Shown: piece after piece, positions 10,901 through 20,775 of the stretch
How positions within the stretch are numbered: position 1 is the stretch's first letter
Layout of the letters: each line of letters opens with the position of its first letter
Program-made: the position numbers and the translations under genes
Source of the DNA: a virus
Taxonomy: Duplodnaviria; Caudoviricetes
Reading direction: 5' to 3' (one strand)
DNA length: 64,000 nt
IMG/VR virus record: IMGVR_UViG_3300028549_000507
Location: 96,001-160,000 of that record
Notes under the pieces: model-generated
What the model was told of the DNA's origin: nothing
The model's database searches: none
Seen by the model: only the letters and a program-made list of their open reading frames with translations

Positions 10901-11042
10901 TTTCCTCGAGCAGTTTATCATTATCTCTTAGGAAGTCCGGAGATATTCCATATGTGGATGATGTTAAGATGTCTAAAGCATCCCTAGTCGGACCTTTCGC
11001 AGCATCATCACCCTTAATAGGGCCTTTATCTTTTTCAGCCAT
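7977..11042 (-). CDS. Probable portal protein (phiKZ-like jumbo phage type)
   Basis: 1021 aa. The C-terminal half (VRFSFIPESHMV..., IIPNINGEKLYEVTQI, SIIMKIGVP) and Gly/Asp/Glu-rich tail resemble T4/phiKZ-type portals. Confidence 0.7.
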   Translation of the reverse strand: MAEKDKGPIKGDDAAKGPTRDALDILTSSTYGISPDFLRDNDKLLEETRKTLSDRLTPSTQKTGNTKGSNASQYVSLLTSTMQQEDKMTLLRDLKINESFTNPSGSHQITEDSHVVDKLSDSNIIEEMVAGVRNHFALMPEYNKVCQIIPELDKAIWVIVKDIINRDEFSGTFVKNFYNELDENNKNTIEGKITDLLEEYNFEDKMRRYIRAAEVYGVKPFSVLPQDDVINMINEEIKKNKGLPHGVESLNLASMFSEESYLKPSPIKGVSQAYIKKSLNLLTSTESDDYVRMKADKSIETFTDSIISDDIIDEYSEVCIEELKSSFNTEKISILNGKDGTVKYKEALESYNAFMGKLEEPKHVFSKESSIKKHIKDIIVAFDRSIEVVDHRKTPLYQASKRLKPEGFYKTIDDSKGAIDDFYRVGDGNELEGDDVKKKTFNLDNLEIDITDDFIDPKAYVKSVKNKRAIFTEYEPEHVIPISSGGVHIGYYVMEYERTKGDNFLLLKKDKGSFLDIIRRLGVGEDKALVANSGSSAVDSNNPFSSGAFSPSTIMAPILSGSGNGPNTPYNGGQFGNSGQSDRKSELIRSILIKTIVKRLGDDSLIDNATFQSSLMNLIRDDIMFKNKVRFSFIPESHMVYMSRELDDNGFPLSILDGTLFSCYMYISSLISSLMIKVMKSSDTEVMEVNVGKSRELGLTVGMISQNASTRNVSARTLFGGTDNIVRSVGNFKRLIIPNINGEKLYEVTQIERVNNVDIDDDFTERTLKSIIMKIGVPPTTLDMMSQDEYVASQTQHRIDYRNLIVDRMVNYSKFITKAIKLLVHYSDVTIPTLKLVNTGSADVQQSAGKGVKSEIEIDITKIEFKFPAPKNLTVTKITEELGNISTLAEDIVKMYYGDFSGDSKEWETLVGLTKRLLVKELSTSTDWATIDEVIERARLETPKWFNILKTYNKELVEDEESGEEGGDDYGGGGDTGGDTGGDAGGGDFGGDDTGGDAGGEEGGDAGGDSEGGDDGMDFKF
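8044..8108. repeat. 23-nt direct repeat within the portal acidic tail
   Basis: ccaccagcgtctcccccggtatc at 8044-8066 and 8086-8108, encoding DTGGDAGG. Confidence 0.85.
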
Positions 11043-11054
11043 TTAGTTTTTCTC

Positions 11055-12689
11055 CTAGTAAGTTAATCCGCGTATAGCTTGTTGACACAATTTACCAAGT
11101 GATCTGATAGTCGTACCATCTACACCCGTGAGATTTCCTAAGCTATGTATATGCTTATGTGCATTTTCATTTGCTTCTTTAGTAAATACGCCTACAACGG
11201 AAATCATGTCTCCATCATAGTCTCCATTTAGAGCCGATAGATAACCTGGGAAGATTATAAGCGAGTCTGTAAACATCGCAGATATATTTTCCATATCTTT
11301 CTCTCTATCGATAACTGGGAAGAATGGGTAAACACTATCTCCAACTCTAGCCTTTACAGTTCTATTGTAAGGAATAATAGACATCTTTGATGGATATGTA
11401 TTATTATGGTCTTCAATAGGATATCGTGTTATATAAATGTGTTTATCTTTTACAGTATTATATGCGGCAATATAGAATAACTCTAGGAGAGTTAAATTCT
11501 TATATCTACCTTCATATCCGCCAGAGATAACATCATTGTATTCGTCCTGAACTTCGGATATATCATCATGGTAATATACTATAGTTCTATTTACACCATC
11601 TTCACATGGTAATTGGAAATAATCCAATCTATGCTCAGGAGCTTCATGGAATAGTTCTATAAGATTATAGATATAATTCGATGTAAGAACTGTTTGCCAG
11701 TCGCTAGATAGTCTATGGCGAATGATATTCTCAGCAACAATACCCTTTTTAGGATCTTTAAGTGCCATCATATACTCAGAACCTTGTAAGAAGTTCATTA
11801 TAATATCACGAACACCATGAACAATGAAAGGTGCAAAACATTTAATACATGCAAACAGTGGGAGAGTCGTTCTTTCAAATGTTACAGTCATATCTTTAGG
11901 ACTAGCAACTTTCGAAGTATCCAATCCGGATATAACAAGTCGTGCGGCGAAGTCAATACTTTTACCCATAACGTATTTATGGATAAACCCTTTACGTCCT
12001 CCTTGAGTTTTTATAACCATCTCATGAAATTCGATAAGAGCATTATTGATATCTTTATATGCGTCACTAACATCATTATCAAGCGTCGTAAACATTGAAC
12101 TTGTTGATTTCATAATAGATACCAGATTGATAATCTTAATATAAAGATTATTAAATTCATTTCTATTACCACCGTCACGCATATCTACATCTCTATAGAA
12201 TGCTGGCATAACGAGTAGTTTACTCATGAATATCTGTTCTTTTTCTAAACTCTTAATGAATCTGGATCTATTGAAACGTATACCAGACTTAACATCTCCA
12301 GTATCAAACTTCAATTTCTCCCAATTTTCATATAAGAAATCAACTCCAGATCCAACTTTAGCATCACTCGGAGCAACTCCTTCTACTTTACAGATGTCAC
12401 CATCTTTGATATAGAATTCACCATCACCATTTATCAAATCCATATACTGTCTTTTAAGAGATTTCAACTCAAATAAACAGTGTGGATGAACGAATTTTAC
12501 AGATAAATCGATATATGCAAATCTCTTTTTACGTTCTTCTGTGCCCGGGAATCCAAATATCTCGTAAGACGCAAGTCCCTCAGGATCAGGTTCGCCCGGT
12601 CTTTCAAATATCTTAGAGGATACAACTTCAACAAGTCGTTCACCTGCTATAAGTTTATCATCAACCTTTAAAATATCGTATTTAAACAT
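11055..12689 (-). CDS. RNA polymerase beta-prime subunit, N-terminal half; probably the virion RNAP (phiKZ gp180-like)
   Basis: Catalytic NGDYDGD, GLASYEIFG, YVMGKSIDFAARLVIS, ITRYP. Virion assignment is inferred from the absence of the N-terminal Zn ribbon and linkage to the portal. Confidence 0.88.
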   Translation of the reverse strand: MFKYDILKVDDKLIAGERLVEVVSSKIFERPGEPDPEGLASYEIFGFPGTEERKKRFAYIDLSVKFVHPHCLFELKSLKRQYMDLINGDGEFYIKDGDICKVEGVAPSDAKVGSGVDFLYENWEKLKFDTGDVKSGIRFNRSRFIKSLEKEQIFMSKLLVMPAFYRDVDMRDGGNRNEFNNLYIKIINLVSIMKSTSSMFTTLDNDVSDAYKDINNALIEFHEMVIKTQGGRKGFIHKYVMGKSIDFAARLVISGLDTSKVASPKDMTVTFERTTLPLFACIKCFAPFIVHGVRDIIMNFLQGSEYMMALKDPKKGIVAENIIRHRLSSDWQTVLTSNYIYNLIELFHEAPEHRLDYFQLPCEDGVNRTIVYYHDDISEVQDEYNDVISGGYEGRYKNLTLLELFYIAAYNTVKDKHIYITRYPIEDHNNTYPSKMSIIPYNRTVKARVGDSVYPFFPVIDREKDMENISAMFTDSLIIFPGYLSALNGDYDGDMISVVGVFTKEANENAHKHIHSLGNLTGVDGTTIRSLGKLCQQAIRGLTY

Positions 12690-12704
12690 AACTATTCTCC
12701 AAAA

Positions 12705-13529
12705 TTAAATTACAGATAAACCTTCGTTGAATATAGTTAGTTCACTATTATTAGGACCAACTCTATCACTTTTATATAACTGGTATGCTACCTCGAAATA
12801 TCCGGCTTCTATACCATTATGTACAGAAGGACCAATTAGATTGAGGTTATATCTATGAGAATCCTCAATATAATCGAATGCATGTCCTAAGTTTTGCAAA
12901 ATAAAAATATCAACTTCTGCGCAATTTTTGACCAAAAATTCATATTCATTTTTATAATTATCCAATGTAGCTACACTAATTGGAATATTAAATCTTCCTG
13001 TAAAGTAATTATCGTAGAATGACTTTGCAAAGGATTCGATTCCTTCAAAATGAGTTCTAAAACAGAGTAAGACATTCTTATATATAGGCTCACATCTAAA
13101 GAATGGCATAAAGAATGATGACGCTGGTGATTTTTTAAGGATCTCTGCGTAATTATCTTTTTGGAAATCTTTTATAAATTGATCAGTTAGAGTTACTTCA
13201 TATTCCGTAAGGAAAAATGATTTAACAAATGTAATATAATCAGTATTATCATATCCTCTGTAGAAGAATTTAGTGTAATCCCAAACTATACCGGCATCTT
13301 CATGAACGTATTCTAAAAGACATTCTACCAATCCTATAGTTGTGAACTGCATCATATCATCCCAAAACAATATGACGCTTTTCTTAGATTTTTCTTTTGG
13401 AGAAAACTTCTCTTCCATCTCACGATAATGTCCCATAGTCATTTCGGTATTATCGAACGTTATGGTTTCCTCATCACTTAACAGTCGTTTAAATATATTA
13501 GTGGCATTTTTCTCGGAACTTAGATTCAT
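12705..13529 (-). CDS. Hypothetical protein (weak HAD-like start motif)
   Basis: 274 aa, VILFWDDMMQFT; own promoter and RBS. Confidence 0.6.
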   Translation of the reverse strand: MNLSSEKNATNIFKRLLSDEETITFDNTEMTMGHYREMEEKFSPKEKSKKSVILFWDDMMQFTTIGLVECLLEYVHEDAGIVWDYTKFFYRGYDNTDYITFVKSFFLTEYEVTLTDQFIKDFQKDNYAEILKKSPASSFFMPFFRCEPIYKNVLLCFRTHFEGIESFAKSFYDNYFTGRFNIPISVATLDNYKNEYEFLVKNCAEVDIFILQNLGHAFDYIEDSHRYNLNLIGPSVHNGIEAGYFEVAYQLYKSDRVGPNNSELTIFNEGLSVI

Positions 13530-13553
13530 ATCGCCCTCTTTTAATTTATTAAC

Positions 13554-13565
13554 TATTAATATGTT
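13554..13565 (-). promoter_or_regulatory. AACA-N6-TA promoter
   Basis: AACA tattaa TA, 25 nt upstream of ATG 13529. Confidence 0.65.
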
Positions 13566-13591
13566 TTGGATATAATTATATAAAAAAAAGA

Positions 13592-13613
13592 AGAGGAGAC
13601 AAATGTCTCCTCT
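13592..13613 (-). terminator. Intrinsic terminator
   Basis: agaggagac-aaat-gtctcctct followed on minus by a U tract. Confidence 0.8.
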
Positions 13614-13620
13614 ATATTTT

Positions 13621-14337
13621 TTAGAAATCTAATTCATCATCTTGATAAATACCATTACCGCCGCCACTATTGCCACCACCAGAATTTCCTCCACGAGGAC
13701 TATATGTCGGTTTATTATAGCTTCCGCCGCCACTATTACCGCCGCCATTTTTGTTAGCGACAACATTAAACAGTTTCTGCATAGAGGCGTTCTGCCACAT
13801 GAACATTGACCATTGTGAAACAACGTTACACAGACGGAGGAATGTTACATCACCAACGTCAAAAGTTGTGCCGAATGATGTATTAGCTTCAACTTCCCCA
13901 ACCAATCTCATATCACACAATACTACTGAATTAACTGTAGAGTTACGACCGACTGTAATCTGAATTCTCTTAACACCTTCAACTTCAACAGTGTCGAATT
14001 TGATTGTAGAGAATACTACAGGTTTACCATCAATATATCCACTTACATTCATGTAGAAATTGCTAATATCGCTGTATGGTTTTCCTGCACGATATTCTTC
14101 AACTCGACTTTTGAGGATAGACTGGAGCATACCGTTGAGGATAAAGATATGACTTTCTCCAATACTTACTTTATTATCCTTATTTTCAGAAGATTTTTCA
14201 CCTTTCTTCCAAAAATTCATATTCAGTCTACCTGCATATGCTCCAACATTGAAGCCGCAACCGCCATTGATTCCATCAAAGAACCCGTTTTCAATATTAT
14301 ATCCCATTGAAAGCGGTTTTGTAAAATTCTCAGACAT
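13621..14337 (-). CDS. Hypothetical protein with SSB-like Gly/Asn linker and acidic C-terminal tip
   Basis: Ends GGNSGGGNSGGGNGIYQDDELDF. Confidence 0.6.
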   Translation of the reverse strand: MSENFTKPLSMGYNIENGFFDGINGGCGFNVGAYAGRLNMNFWKKGEKSSENKDNKVSIGESHIFILNGMLQSILKSRVEEYRAGKPYSDISNFYMNVSGYIDGKPVVFSTIKFDTVEVEGVKRIQITVGRNSTVNSVVLCDMRLVGEVEANTSFGTTFDVGDVTFLRLCNVVSQWSMFMWQNASMQKLFNVVANKNGGGNSGGGSYNKPTYSPRGGNSGGGNSGGGNGIYQDDELDF

Positions 14338-14350
14338 GGATACCCTCGTT

Positions 14351-15592
14351 TTAAAAATTGTTTATAGGACTTGATACATTTGTTTCAAAAGATGTCATGG
14401 AATTTATTGTATCATATGTAGAAGATTGGTATTTAATACCCCTAACGCCAGTTTCAATTCGTTTTTTGCTATTATCTCCAAGGAGAATTGTCAAATCGTA
14501 TTTAAGATCGGTTAATCTACCGATTACTCTACAATTATCACACATCATAACGATATCAGCTAACGCGTTTGATACGCCAAAGTCTTCAATAACATAAGAA
14601 ATAAAGTCCACTATTATATCTGTTGGGGCTGGATTATAATAAAATTTTACTGATGGTAGAACTAACCTATTAGTATCAGAATCAAATATGAAATCTACAG
14701 AGTTTATCTGGTATCTCTGGCAGATTCTGAATAATCTCGAGAATAATTCATTTATAAGGCTAGTCATTAAACTAAACTTAATATGTAATGGCATAAAGTC
14801 TTTCATAGTACTCATGACATTATTATCATTATCCAAATAAGTTAACTCGGAATTGACATTATTATCATATTCATAATCCAAATCACCTCTATCAGTTATT
14901 CTATTATGCACAAGCTTATGTCTAGTTGTAACACTATCGAATAAATGTTTTCCAGGGATTCTACCCGAATGAGTTATTATAGGATCTTCCCTATTAGCTT
15001 CAGCATGCATTCTGCTATAGAATTGTGGTTTCGGAATTGGCAATATAGTTTGGAAAGTATCTCCGTCAAAAGATACTTCCAATTTAGCAGCCATTTCCAT
15101 AGTATTCATCGTGACACTTTTTCTAAAATGACTTGTGGACAATTTCATATCCATCATATTTAGAATACTAACGCCCATCGGAGCAGATGTCATAGAACCA
15201 TTATTATCCCATAGCCCTATGTATGACGTATACGCATTAAGTATTCTAAAATAAGAGTCATATATAGAAGAATCAGTAACAACTCCATCAGTTAGATCTG
15301 TAGTTATGGGTATTTGTATTTCCCCATTATACACGGTTTTACATAAAACTATGCCAGGATTAAAATTTGTATCATAGTTATATCTACCATCTAATACTGA
15401 TAGATTTATCAATGTACATTTAACACTATGTATACCTTCAATAGCACTGCGTTTTAGATCCACATCGGAATGTAGGATTATGACACGTTTTCTATCCAAA
15501 ATATCTACACAACCATTAAATGAATCATCGTATAATAAACCTATACTTTCCTCATCTATAATATTTTCTTTAGATATAGTTGGAATAAACAT
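14351..15592 (-). CDS. Hypothetical protein
   Basis: 413 aa ORF, GGAGG RBS, in operon context. Confidence 0.7.
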   Translation of the reverse strand: MFIPTISKENIIDEESIGLLYDDSFNGCVDILDRKRVIILHSDVDLKRSAIEGIHSVKCTLINLSVLDGRYNYDTNFNPGIVLCKTVYNGEIQIPITTDLTDGVVTDSSIYDSYFRILNAYTSYIGLWDNNGSMTSAPMGVSILNMMDMKLSTSHFRKSVTMNTMEMAAKLEVSFDGDTFQTILPIPKPQFYSRMHAEANREDPIITHSGRIPGKHLFDSVTTRHKLVHNRITDRGDLDYEYDNNVNSELTYLDNDNNVMSTMKDFMPLHIKFSLMTSLINELFSRLFRICQRYQINSVDFIFDSDTNRLVLPSVKFYYNPAPTDIIVDFISYVIEDFGVSNALADIVMMCDNCRVIGRLTDLKYDLTILLGDNSKKRIETGVRGIKYQSSTYDTINSMTSFETNVSSPINNF

Positions 15593-15606
15593 CTATCCTC
15601 CAATCT

Positions 15607-15813
15607 TTACCGATCAATCTTCAAATCAGCGTTACATCGTCCGGCTTTGTCAAGAATGAGCCATCTTACGAGATTAACTAAATCTCTCTTAGAATGACGT
15701 TCTCCAACAAGCGTCATTGCAAGCATATCGGCTGCAAATCCTTCAGGAGTATCAAGCTCCATAGGATGAGATGCGGTTATCTCATCCTCATAAGTCATCT
15801 TTTTTTCACTCAT
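15607..15813 (-). CDS. Small hypothetical protein
   Basis: 68 aa, GGAG RBS, early-type motif upstream. Confidence 0.65.
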   Translation of the reverse strand: MSEKKMTYEDEITASHPMELDTPEGFAADMLAMTLVGERHSKRDLVNLVRWLILDKAGRCNADLKIDR

Positions 15814-15849
15814 AGGTTCTCCATAGTAAATTGTAATTTGTCAATATTC

Positions 15850-15864
15850 TATATATATTTAAAA
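15850..15864 (-). promoter_or_regulatory. Early-type AT-rich promoter motif
   Basis: Plus strand tatatatatttaaaa, flanked by inverted repeat attgtaattt (15830-15839) / aaattacaat (15862-15871). Confidence 0.5.
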
Positions 15865-17877
15865 TTACAATATGGTTAATGGTGATATATGATTTCTAGA
15901 ACTATTAACTCTGTTAATATATATCCCTATACTTGGTAGTAACGATGTTAATGAATTAACATGTCTTTCAACAATATTATTCACATCAATAATATCAACT
16001 AACCAAGGTGGGAGTTTTTCAAGAGTATCAGGTACAGCAACAGTTCTAAGTCCAAATTTTACAAGATCTGGATGAGGTGGTAGATCGAAAATTGCAGCTT
16101 TCAATGCATGTCTCACACTATCATCCTTAACCATATAAAGATCGGCAACCTTCTCGACTTTAGTTTTAAATACATAAATCTTATTATAAGGTTCAATCTT
16201 ATTGCTAGGATAAAGATGATTCCAGATCTCAACACCTCTGATTCTACTATCACTATATGGGTTAGATTTCATACTATTCTTATAGGACGAAGTTATCCCA
16301 AATGTAACATCTCCCGAAAGTAGGCTATTTCGTATAGATGATTCTAAATCATATATACGTTTCATAATACGCATCACAGAAACATCTTTTACAGAATGAA
16401 TCTCTTTGAATATTATATCATTCATAGTCTTACTAACGAATTTATTCATATTAGAACCGGTCAAAGCTAGTCCAGTATTATTAACTTTATTAACAATAAC
16501 ACCTTCTCTTAACACAGTCCATGCTGAATAATTCTTCTTAATGAATGGGTATAGTATCAAACTCTTAAAGAAGAATTCATTTTTCAATGCAATTCGTTGA
16601 CAATGCTCTTTTGGAACATAGCAATTTCTTGCCATATTTCTACCCATAAAATTACATATGTCAGTAGATATATAGTTCATGATATTAGCAGCACGGTAAA
16701 CGTCAGACTCATCATAATATGTATCAAATTTATAGTCTCCAACTGAAGCCACAAAACCTGTCCATTCATCCAATCGCACGATGATTGAGTCTGTATCAGA
16801 GATTGGTACGATATATCTTCCACGATTAACATATTTATCAACTCTATCATAAGTTCCTATAGGAGTTGTTACAAAGTGTTGAAGTACCTCACACAATTCA
16901 TCCAGTTTTGGAATATATGCACAAGACTCATTCTTAACCATAACTTCTCTAAGAGGGGAGTTGAATTCCAATTTAGCTTTCATAATTCTATTAATGATAT
17001 CCATAACATCAACATTCATACTTAAGAATTTGTATAGATTATATCTATAATAAAAACTTATAGCTTTAGAAGGATCTTTGGATATATTTAAAGCTAAAAG
17101 GTATAGTGATTTACTATTCTTAGCAACCTCACGCTCATGCTCAGGAACAAATGCCAACAATTCAATCATTCGAACTTTAATCTGTTCAAACGTTGGTACT
17201 ACGATATTATATTTAGTTATAAAATCGATAGACATTGGTAAATTCAGTATCTCATTTATATATGAGTAGAACTCATTCATATCTTTGAATACCATATTAT
17301 TGCCAAGAAGCTTCTCAACAGTCCATAGCATTTCAGAAATCAATTCTCTCGCTTGGAGAGTGATCATTGAACTAGAGTCTGGAGAGTAGAAGAATCCTCC
17401 GGGCATAGTCGTAATACCATATGAAGAGTTATTATTCTCTTTTCTTGTATTTTGCAAGTTATCATTTTTACGAATACCGCCAACATCATTAGCTTCTTCG
17501 GCAATAAGTAGAAGTTTCTTTAAGTCACTTCGCTGTTTAAGCCATAGTATTAGAAGCTCGGATAGCTCTGACATCCTTACATAATGTCTAACCGTAAAGG
17601 TTCCATTTGCACCAATTATAAGGTGATTATCCTGAACCATTATAAGTACGTCGTTAAGTTCCATTTCCCAAAAACGTTCTTCGTAAATATTTCGCATTTT
17701 CGCAATAGGATTATGTGATTTAGCAAGTATTTCATCAAGGTATCTATTGATTCCATCTTCCTTAATCCCATCATTCCCATAAATATTACGAAGCGTCTCT
17801 TTAACCTTAAGTTTCCAAAAAGCTTTAAGAGTCATACCTGCTGATTGAGGTATCTTATCTTCAATACTAATATCCAT
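15865..17877 (-). CDS. Family B DNA polymerase, polymerase-domain subunit (phiKZ gp50-like split polymerase)
   Basis: IGANGTF, KENNNSSYG (motif B), ISDTDSII (motif C), SRIRGVEIWN; no recognisable 3'-5' exonuclease domain. Confidence 0.85.
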   Translation of the reverse strand: MDISIEDKIPQSAGMTLKAFWKLKVKETLRNIYGNDGIKEDGINRYLDEILAKSHNPIAKMRNIYEERFWEMELNDVLIMVQDNHLIIGANGTFTVRHYVRMSELSELLILWLKQRSDLKKLLLIAEEANDVGGIRKNDNLQNTRKENNNSSYGITTMPGGFFYSPDSSSMITLQARELISEMLWTVEKLLGNNMVFKDMNEFYSYINEILNLPMSIDFITKYNIVVPTFEQIKVRMIELLAFVPEHEREVAKNSKSLYLLALNISKDPSKAISFYYRYNLYKFLSMNVDVMDIINRIMKAKLEFNSPLREVMVKNESCAYIPKLDELCEVLQHFVTTPIGTYDRVDKYVNRGRYIVPISDTDSIIVRLDEWTGFVASVGDYKFDTYYDESDVYRAANIMNYISTDICNFMGRNMARNCYVPKEHCQRIALKNEFFFKSLILYPFIKKNYSAWTVLREGVIVNKVNNTGLALTGSNMNKFVSKTMNDIIFKEIHSVKDVSVMRIMKRIYDLESSIRNSLLSGDVTFGITSSYKNSMKSNPYSDSRIRGVEIWNHLYPSNKIEPYNKIYVFKTKVEKVADLYMVKDDSVRHALKAAIFDLPPHPDLVKFGLRTVAVPDTLEKLPPWLVDIIDVNNIVERHVNSLTSLLPSIGIYINRVNSSRNHISPLTIL

Positions 17878-17898
17878 CCAAACTCTCCTTTAAACTAA

Positions 17899-17910
17899 CA
17901 TTAAGGTGTT
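17899..17910 (-). promoter_or_regulatory. AACA-N6-TG promoter
   Basis: AACA ccttaa TG upstream of the DNA polymerase gene. Confidence 0.7.
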
Positions 17911-17945
17911 TTCTGATTTATATTTTTAAATCCCCTCATCTTAGA

Positions 17946-17957
17946 AACATTATAATG
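17946..17957 (+). promoter_or_regulatory. AACA-N6-TG promoter (divergent)
   Basis: AACA ttataa TG upstream of the plus-strand ORF at 17979. Confidence 0.7.
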
Positions 17958-17978
17958 AATTAAAATTATCCCCAGTAT

Positions 17979-18455
17979 ATGGAGCAAGTTATGAGTAAAA
18001 ATTTCGAAGTTACAAAAGCAATGCTTAAACATTGTCCTTCACTCGTAAGAAGTGAAGAAACCGTACACCAGTTGGTCATGCGTGGATTCCTCGATATGCA
18101 TACTGGAATGGAATCTATTGATATCCTTAAATCTCTCGAAGATGATGATCAGGTAGGACATGAAGCAGAACCTGCAACTGAAGCAGAACCATCTGATGGT
18201 CTCAAATTCCCAGATATCCATGCTGCTGTAGTTATCAAAACTACAATGGAACTCGCATCTGGTGATGAGAAAGAAGCATTCAATCGTAAGCTTGATGAAC
18301 TCAATCTCGCATTCCAGACAGCTTTTAAAAGACGTAAAGCGGATATCATCCGTCTCGTAAAAGAAGTTGTTGAAATTGACGGTGCCGTAAATGATGAAGC
18401 AGTAGCTATTGCTAAAGCAATCAAAGATGATCAGATCGTAGTTATCAAACGATAA
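17979..18455 (+). CDS. Hypothetical protein
   Basis: 158 aa. True start may be ATG 17991 (MSKNFEV) behind GGAG. Followed by a terminator. Confidence 0.75.
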   Translation: MEQVMSKNFEVTKAMLKHCPSLVRSEETVHQLVMRGFLDMHTGMESIDILKSLEDDDQVGHEAEPATEAEPSDGLKFPDIHAAVVIKTTMELASGDEKEAFNRKLDELNLAFQTAFKRRKADIIRLVKEVVEIDGAVNDEAVAIAKAIKDDQIVVIKR

Positions 18456-18463
18456 TACATTAA

Positions 18464-18492
18464 TAAATACCGGGAGTATATCCCGGTATTTA
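18464..18492. terminator. Bidirectional terminator
   Basis: taaataccggga-gtata-tcccggtattta between convergent genes. Confidence 0.8.
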
Positions 18493-18512
18493 TATATATT
18501 TTAATGACGTTA

Positions 18513-19355
18513 TTAAGCTAATGCTCCGATATACTTATTAACAATTGTTAATATAGCATTTTTTACATCACCATTTGAATCATCTATAAGTAATGCGGAA
18601 TCTCTAAGATTAGTAATATCTCCTGAAATAATATCTAGGAGGTCGTTCAAACGATCTCTTTCACCATCTAATATAGATTCTTTATTTATAACAGTTAATT
18701 CCTTGGCAGCCAATGCTACTTCTTTATCAGCTAGATTACTTATACGTTTTCTAAAACTAGACTCAGATATATCATTAGCTCTCTTAGAATCTTCGTAACT
18801 CTTAGTTTTTGATTCAACATATTCATTATAACTTGTAAGTTCTCTTAAAGTCTTTGACGTTTCAAAGTAAACATTTACAGGATAATCGCCAAATTCTTTA
18901 ATATTTCTAAGAGATTTCTTTAAATCTTTTTCAAGATTTTGAAAGAATTCTCCTCTATCATACGTAAGAGCACTATAAGATATAACATCCTCAACTCTTA
19001 CAATAATTTTATCACACTCAATAAGTCTATCAGTCCTATCAAAGTTTATAGTAAACTTAGGAATTAGTATAGGATCAGTGTCTTCAACTATCCCTTGAAT
19101 AGGATCATCTTTAACAAGAACCGCTACATATATAGTAGGCTCTACTTGTAGAGTTGTTACATATGTCGATATACTCATACCATGTCTAGCAAAATACTCA
19201 GAGAAAATAGAGTCTACACTATAGTATTTACCTTGTTCTTCTGAGGTTATCGCGACTATTTTAACTGTTGCGAATTCCGGATTATCACTATCCCATGGAG
19301 TCTTATATCTAACATTATAAAACTCCCCTATATTAAGTCTATTCATCAAAACCAT
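18513..19355 (-). CDS. Hypothetical protein, probable virion structural protein
   Basis: 280 aa, last gene of a three-gene operon, C-terminal coiled coil. Confidence 0.55.
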   Translation of the reverse strand: MVLMNRLNIGEFYNVRYKTPWDSDNPEFATVKIVAITSEEQGKYYSVDSIFSEYFARHGMSISTYVTTLQVEPTIYVAVLVKDDPIQGIVEDTDPILIPKFTINFDRTDRLIECDKIIVRVEDVISYSALTYDRGEFFQNLEKDLKKSLRNIKEFGDYPVNVYFETSKTLRELTSYNEYVESKTKSYEDSKRANDISESSFRKRISNLADKEVALAAKELTVINKESILDGERDRLNDLLDIISGDITNLRDSALLIDDSNGDVKNAILTIVNKYIGALA

Positions 19356-19358
19356 AGA

Positions 19359-20774
19359 TTATCCTCTCTTATACGCATGAAGTACGAATGTCATACCGAG
19401 CATATCAAATTTAATACTAGAAATGATATCAATGTTACCATCTCTAACCCTATCGACTCTGAAATTTAGAGATGGATTTAAGTTTAATGCTTTAGATATT
19501 TCATCATCATTCATATAGACAAAATCAACCCAATCATTCACGCCTATAAGATATTTGACGAAAAGTTTAATATGGAATGAGAATGATTCCCAAACAACAC
19601 TATCAGACTTTGCACCAGTAAATCTATTGTTATAATTTGGAAACAATGTTTGTATAGGATGAGTAACGATATCGGAATGAGCTACAAATGGGAATAATAT
19701 ATTTTTATCAGCTTTACTGGTAATGTTGAATATATCATCTTTAGAGTTGGCACATTCGATATTAAATACATCAATATTATCCCCAACAGTTAGAATCTCA
19801 TTATCATCCAAGTCAAGTATATTCATAATATTGGATATACTTAGAATATTGGAAGATAGTGAACCTATAGTTCCATCATTATTTACAAAATATGCTGGAA
19901 ATATATTAACATCTCCAACTGTAAATAGGTCTGGATAGTCTCTAACCAAGTATTGGTTAGCTACAATTCCATATAACAGCAAATACTTATCAGTAAGATA
20001 TCCCTTAATGGCCGATATTTTTTGTTGGTCAAGAGGTTGATATTTGTCCGATAGGTGACAATATATGAAGAATGTTCTTACATATGAATATACGAAAGTA
20101 GTACCTTCATGATGTCTATATGTAGTATTAAACTTCGATATATTTGTATAATTTCTATCACTTTCAAATTTGAATGGAGAATCTATAGGATCATTCATTA
20201 AATTTGATAAACTGGTAGTACTAACTGTATAATTATTTTCATCATGAGTTATATCATAGTATCCGATCTTATTCCAATTGTAGAAAATAAGATCATCAGG
20301 AGTAAGATATATCGTCATTGAGTAATTGTTATCAAGTATTTTATACTGAAAATTTAGTTTAGATATTCTATTTGGAATGTATAAACTTCTATGCACCGCA
20401 AGACTACCCGCGGTATAATTCGGTAATGTATCAAGAATTCTAGATATTTCTAAATCAGTTTTAGAATGATCCAAATTTATCTGTGATAATTTGTTAGTAA
20501 GAGCATTGATACCGCTAGTATCGAAATCTGTTATATTTGCGATATATTCATCGCTTTCAAACATATTCTCTATAACAAGATTATTATAACCATTAACTAA
20601 ACTGTGCGGTTTTATTAGAAAACTAAAGACATCACTAATAGAGTAGTCAAATATAGGATTTACTGCATCGGCTACAGTAAATCCAAATTTAGATTTAAAT
20701 GAACTACCATTAGGGATATCTAAAGATTTATTTTCATAATAAAACCCTACCATTGTAAAAGTAGGAGTTGACAT
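19359..20774 (-). CDS. Probable virion structural protein, paralog of the next gene
   Basis: Shares GFYYE..KFGF..PIF..IS and YPDLFT..DVNI with 20776-22131. Confidence 0.6.
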   Translation of the reverse strand: MSTPTFTMVGFYYENKSLDIPNGSSFKSKFGFTVADAVNPIFDYSISDVFSFLIKPHSLVNGYNNLVIENMFESDEYIANITDFDTSGINALTNKLSQINLDHSKTDLEISRILDTLPNYTAGSLAVHRSLYIPNRISKLNFQYKILDNNYSMTIYLTPDDLIFYNWNKIGYYDITHDENNYTVSTTSLSNLMNDPIDSPFKFESDRNYTNISKFNTTYRHHEGTTFVYSYVRTFFIYCHLSDKYQPLDQQKISAIKGYLTDKYLLLYGIVANQYLVRDYPDLFTVGDVNIFPAYFVNNDGTIGSLSSNILSISNIMNILDLDDNEILTVGDNIDVFNIECANSKDDIFNITSKADKNILFPFVAHSDIVTHPIQTLFPNYNNRFTGAKSDSVVWESFSFHIKLFVKYLIGVNDWVDFVYMNDDEISKALNLNPSLNFRVDRVRDGNIDIISSIKFDMLGMTFVLHAYKRG

Positions 20775-20775
20775 A

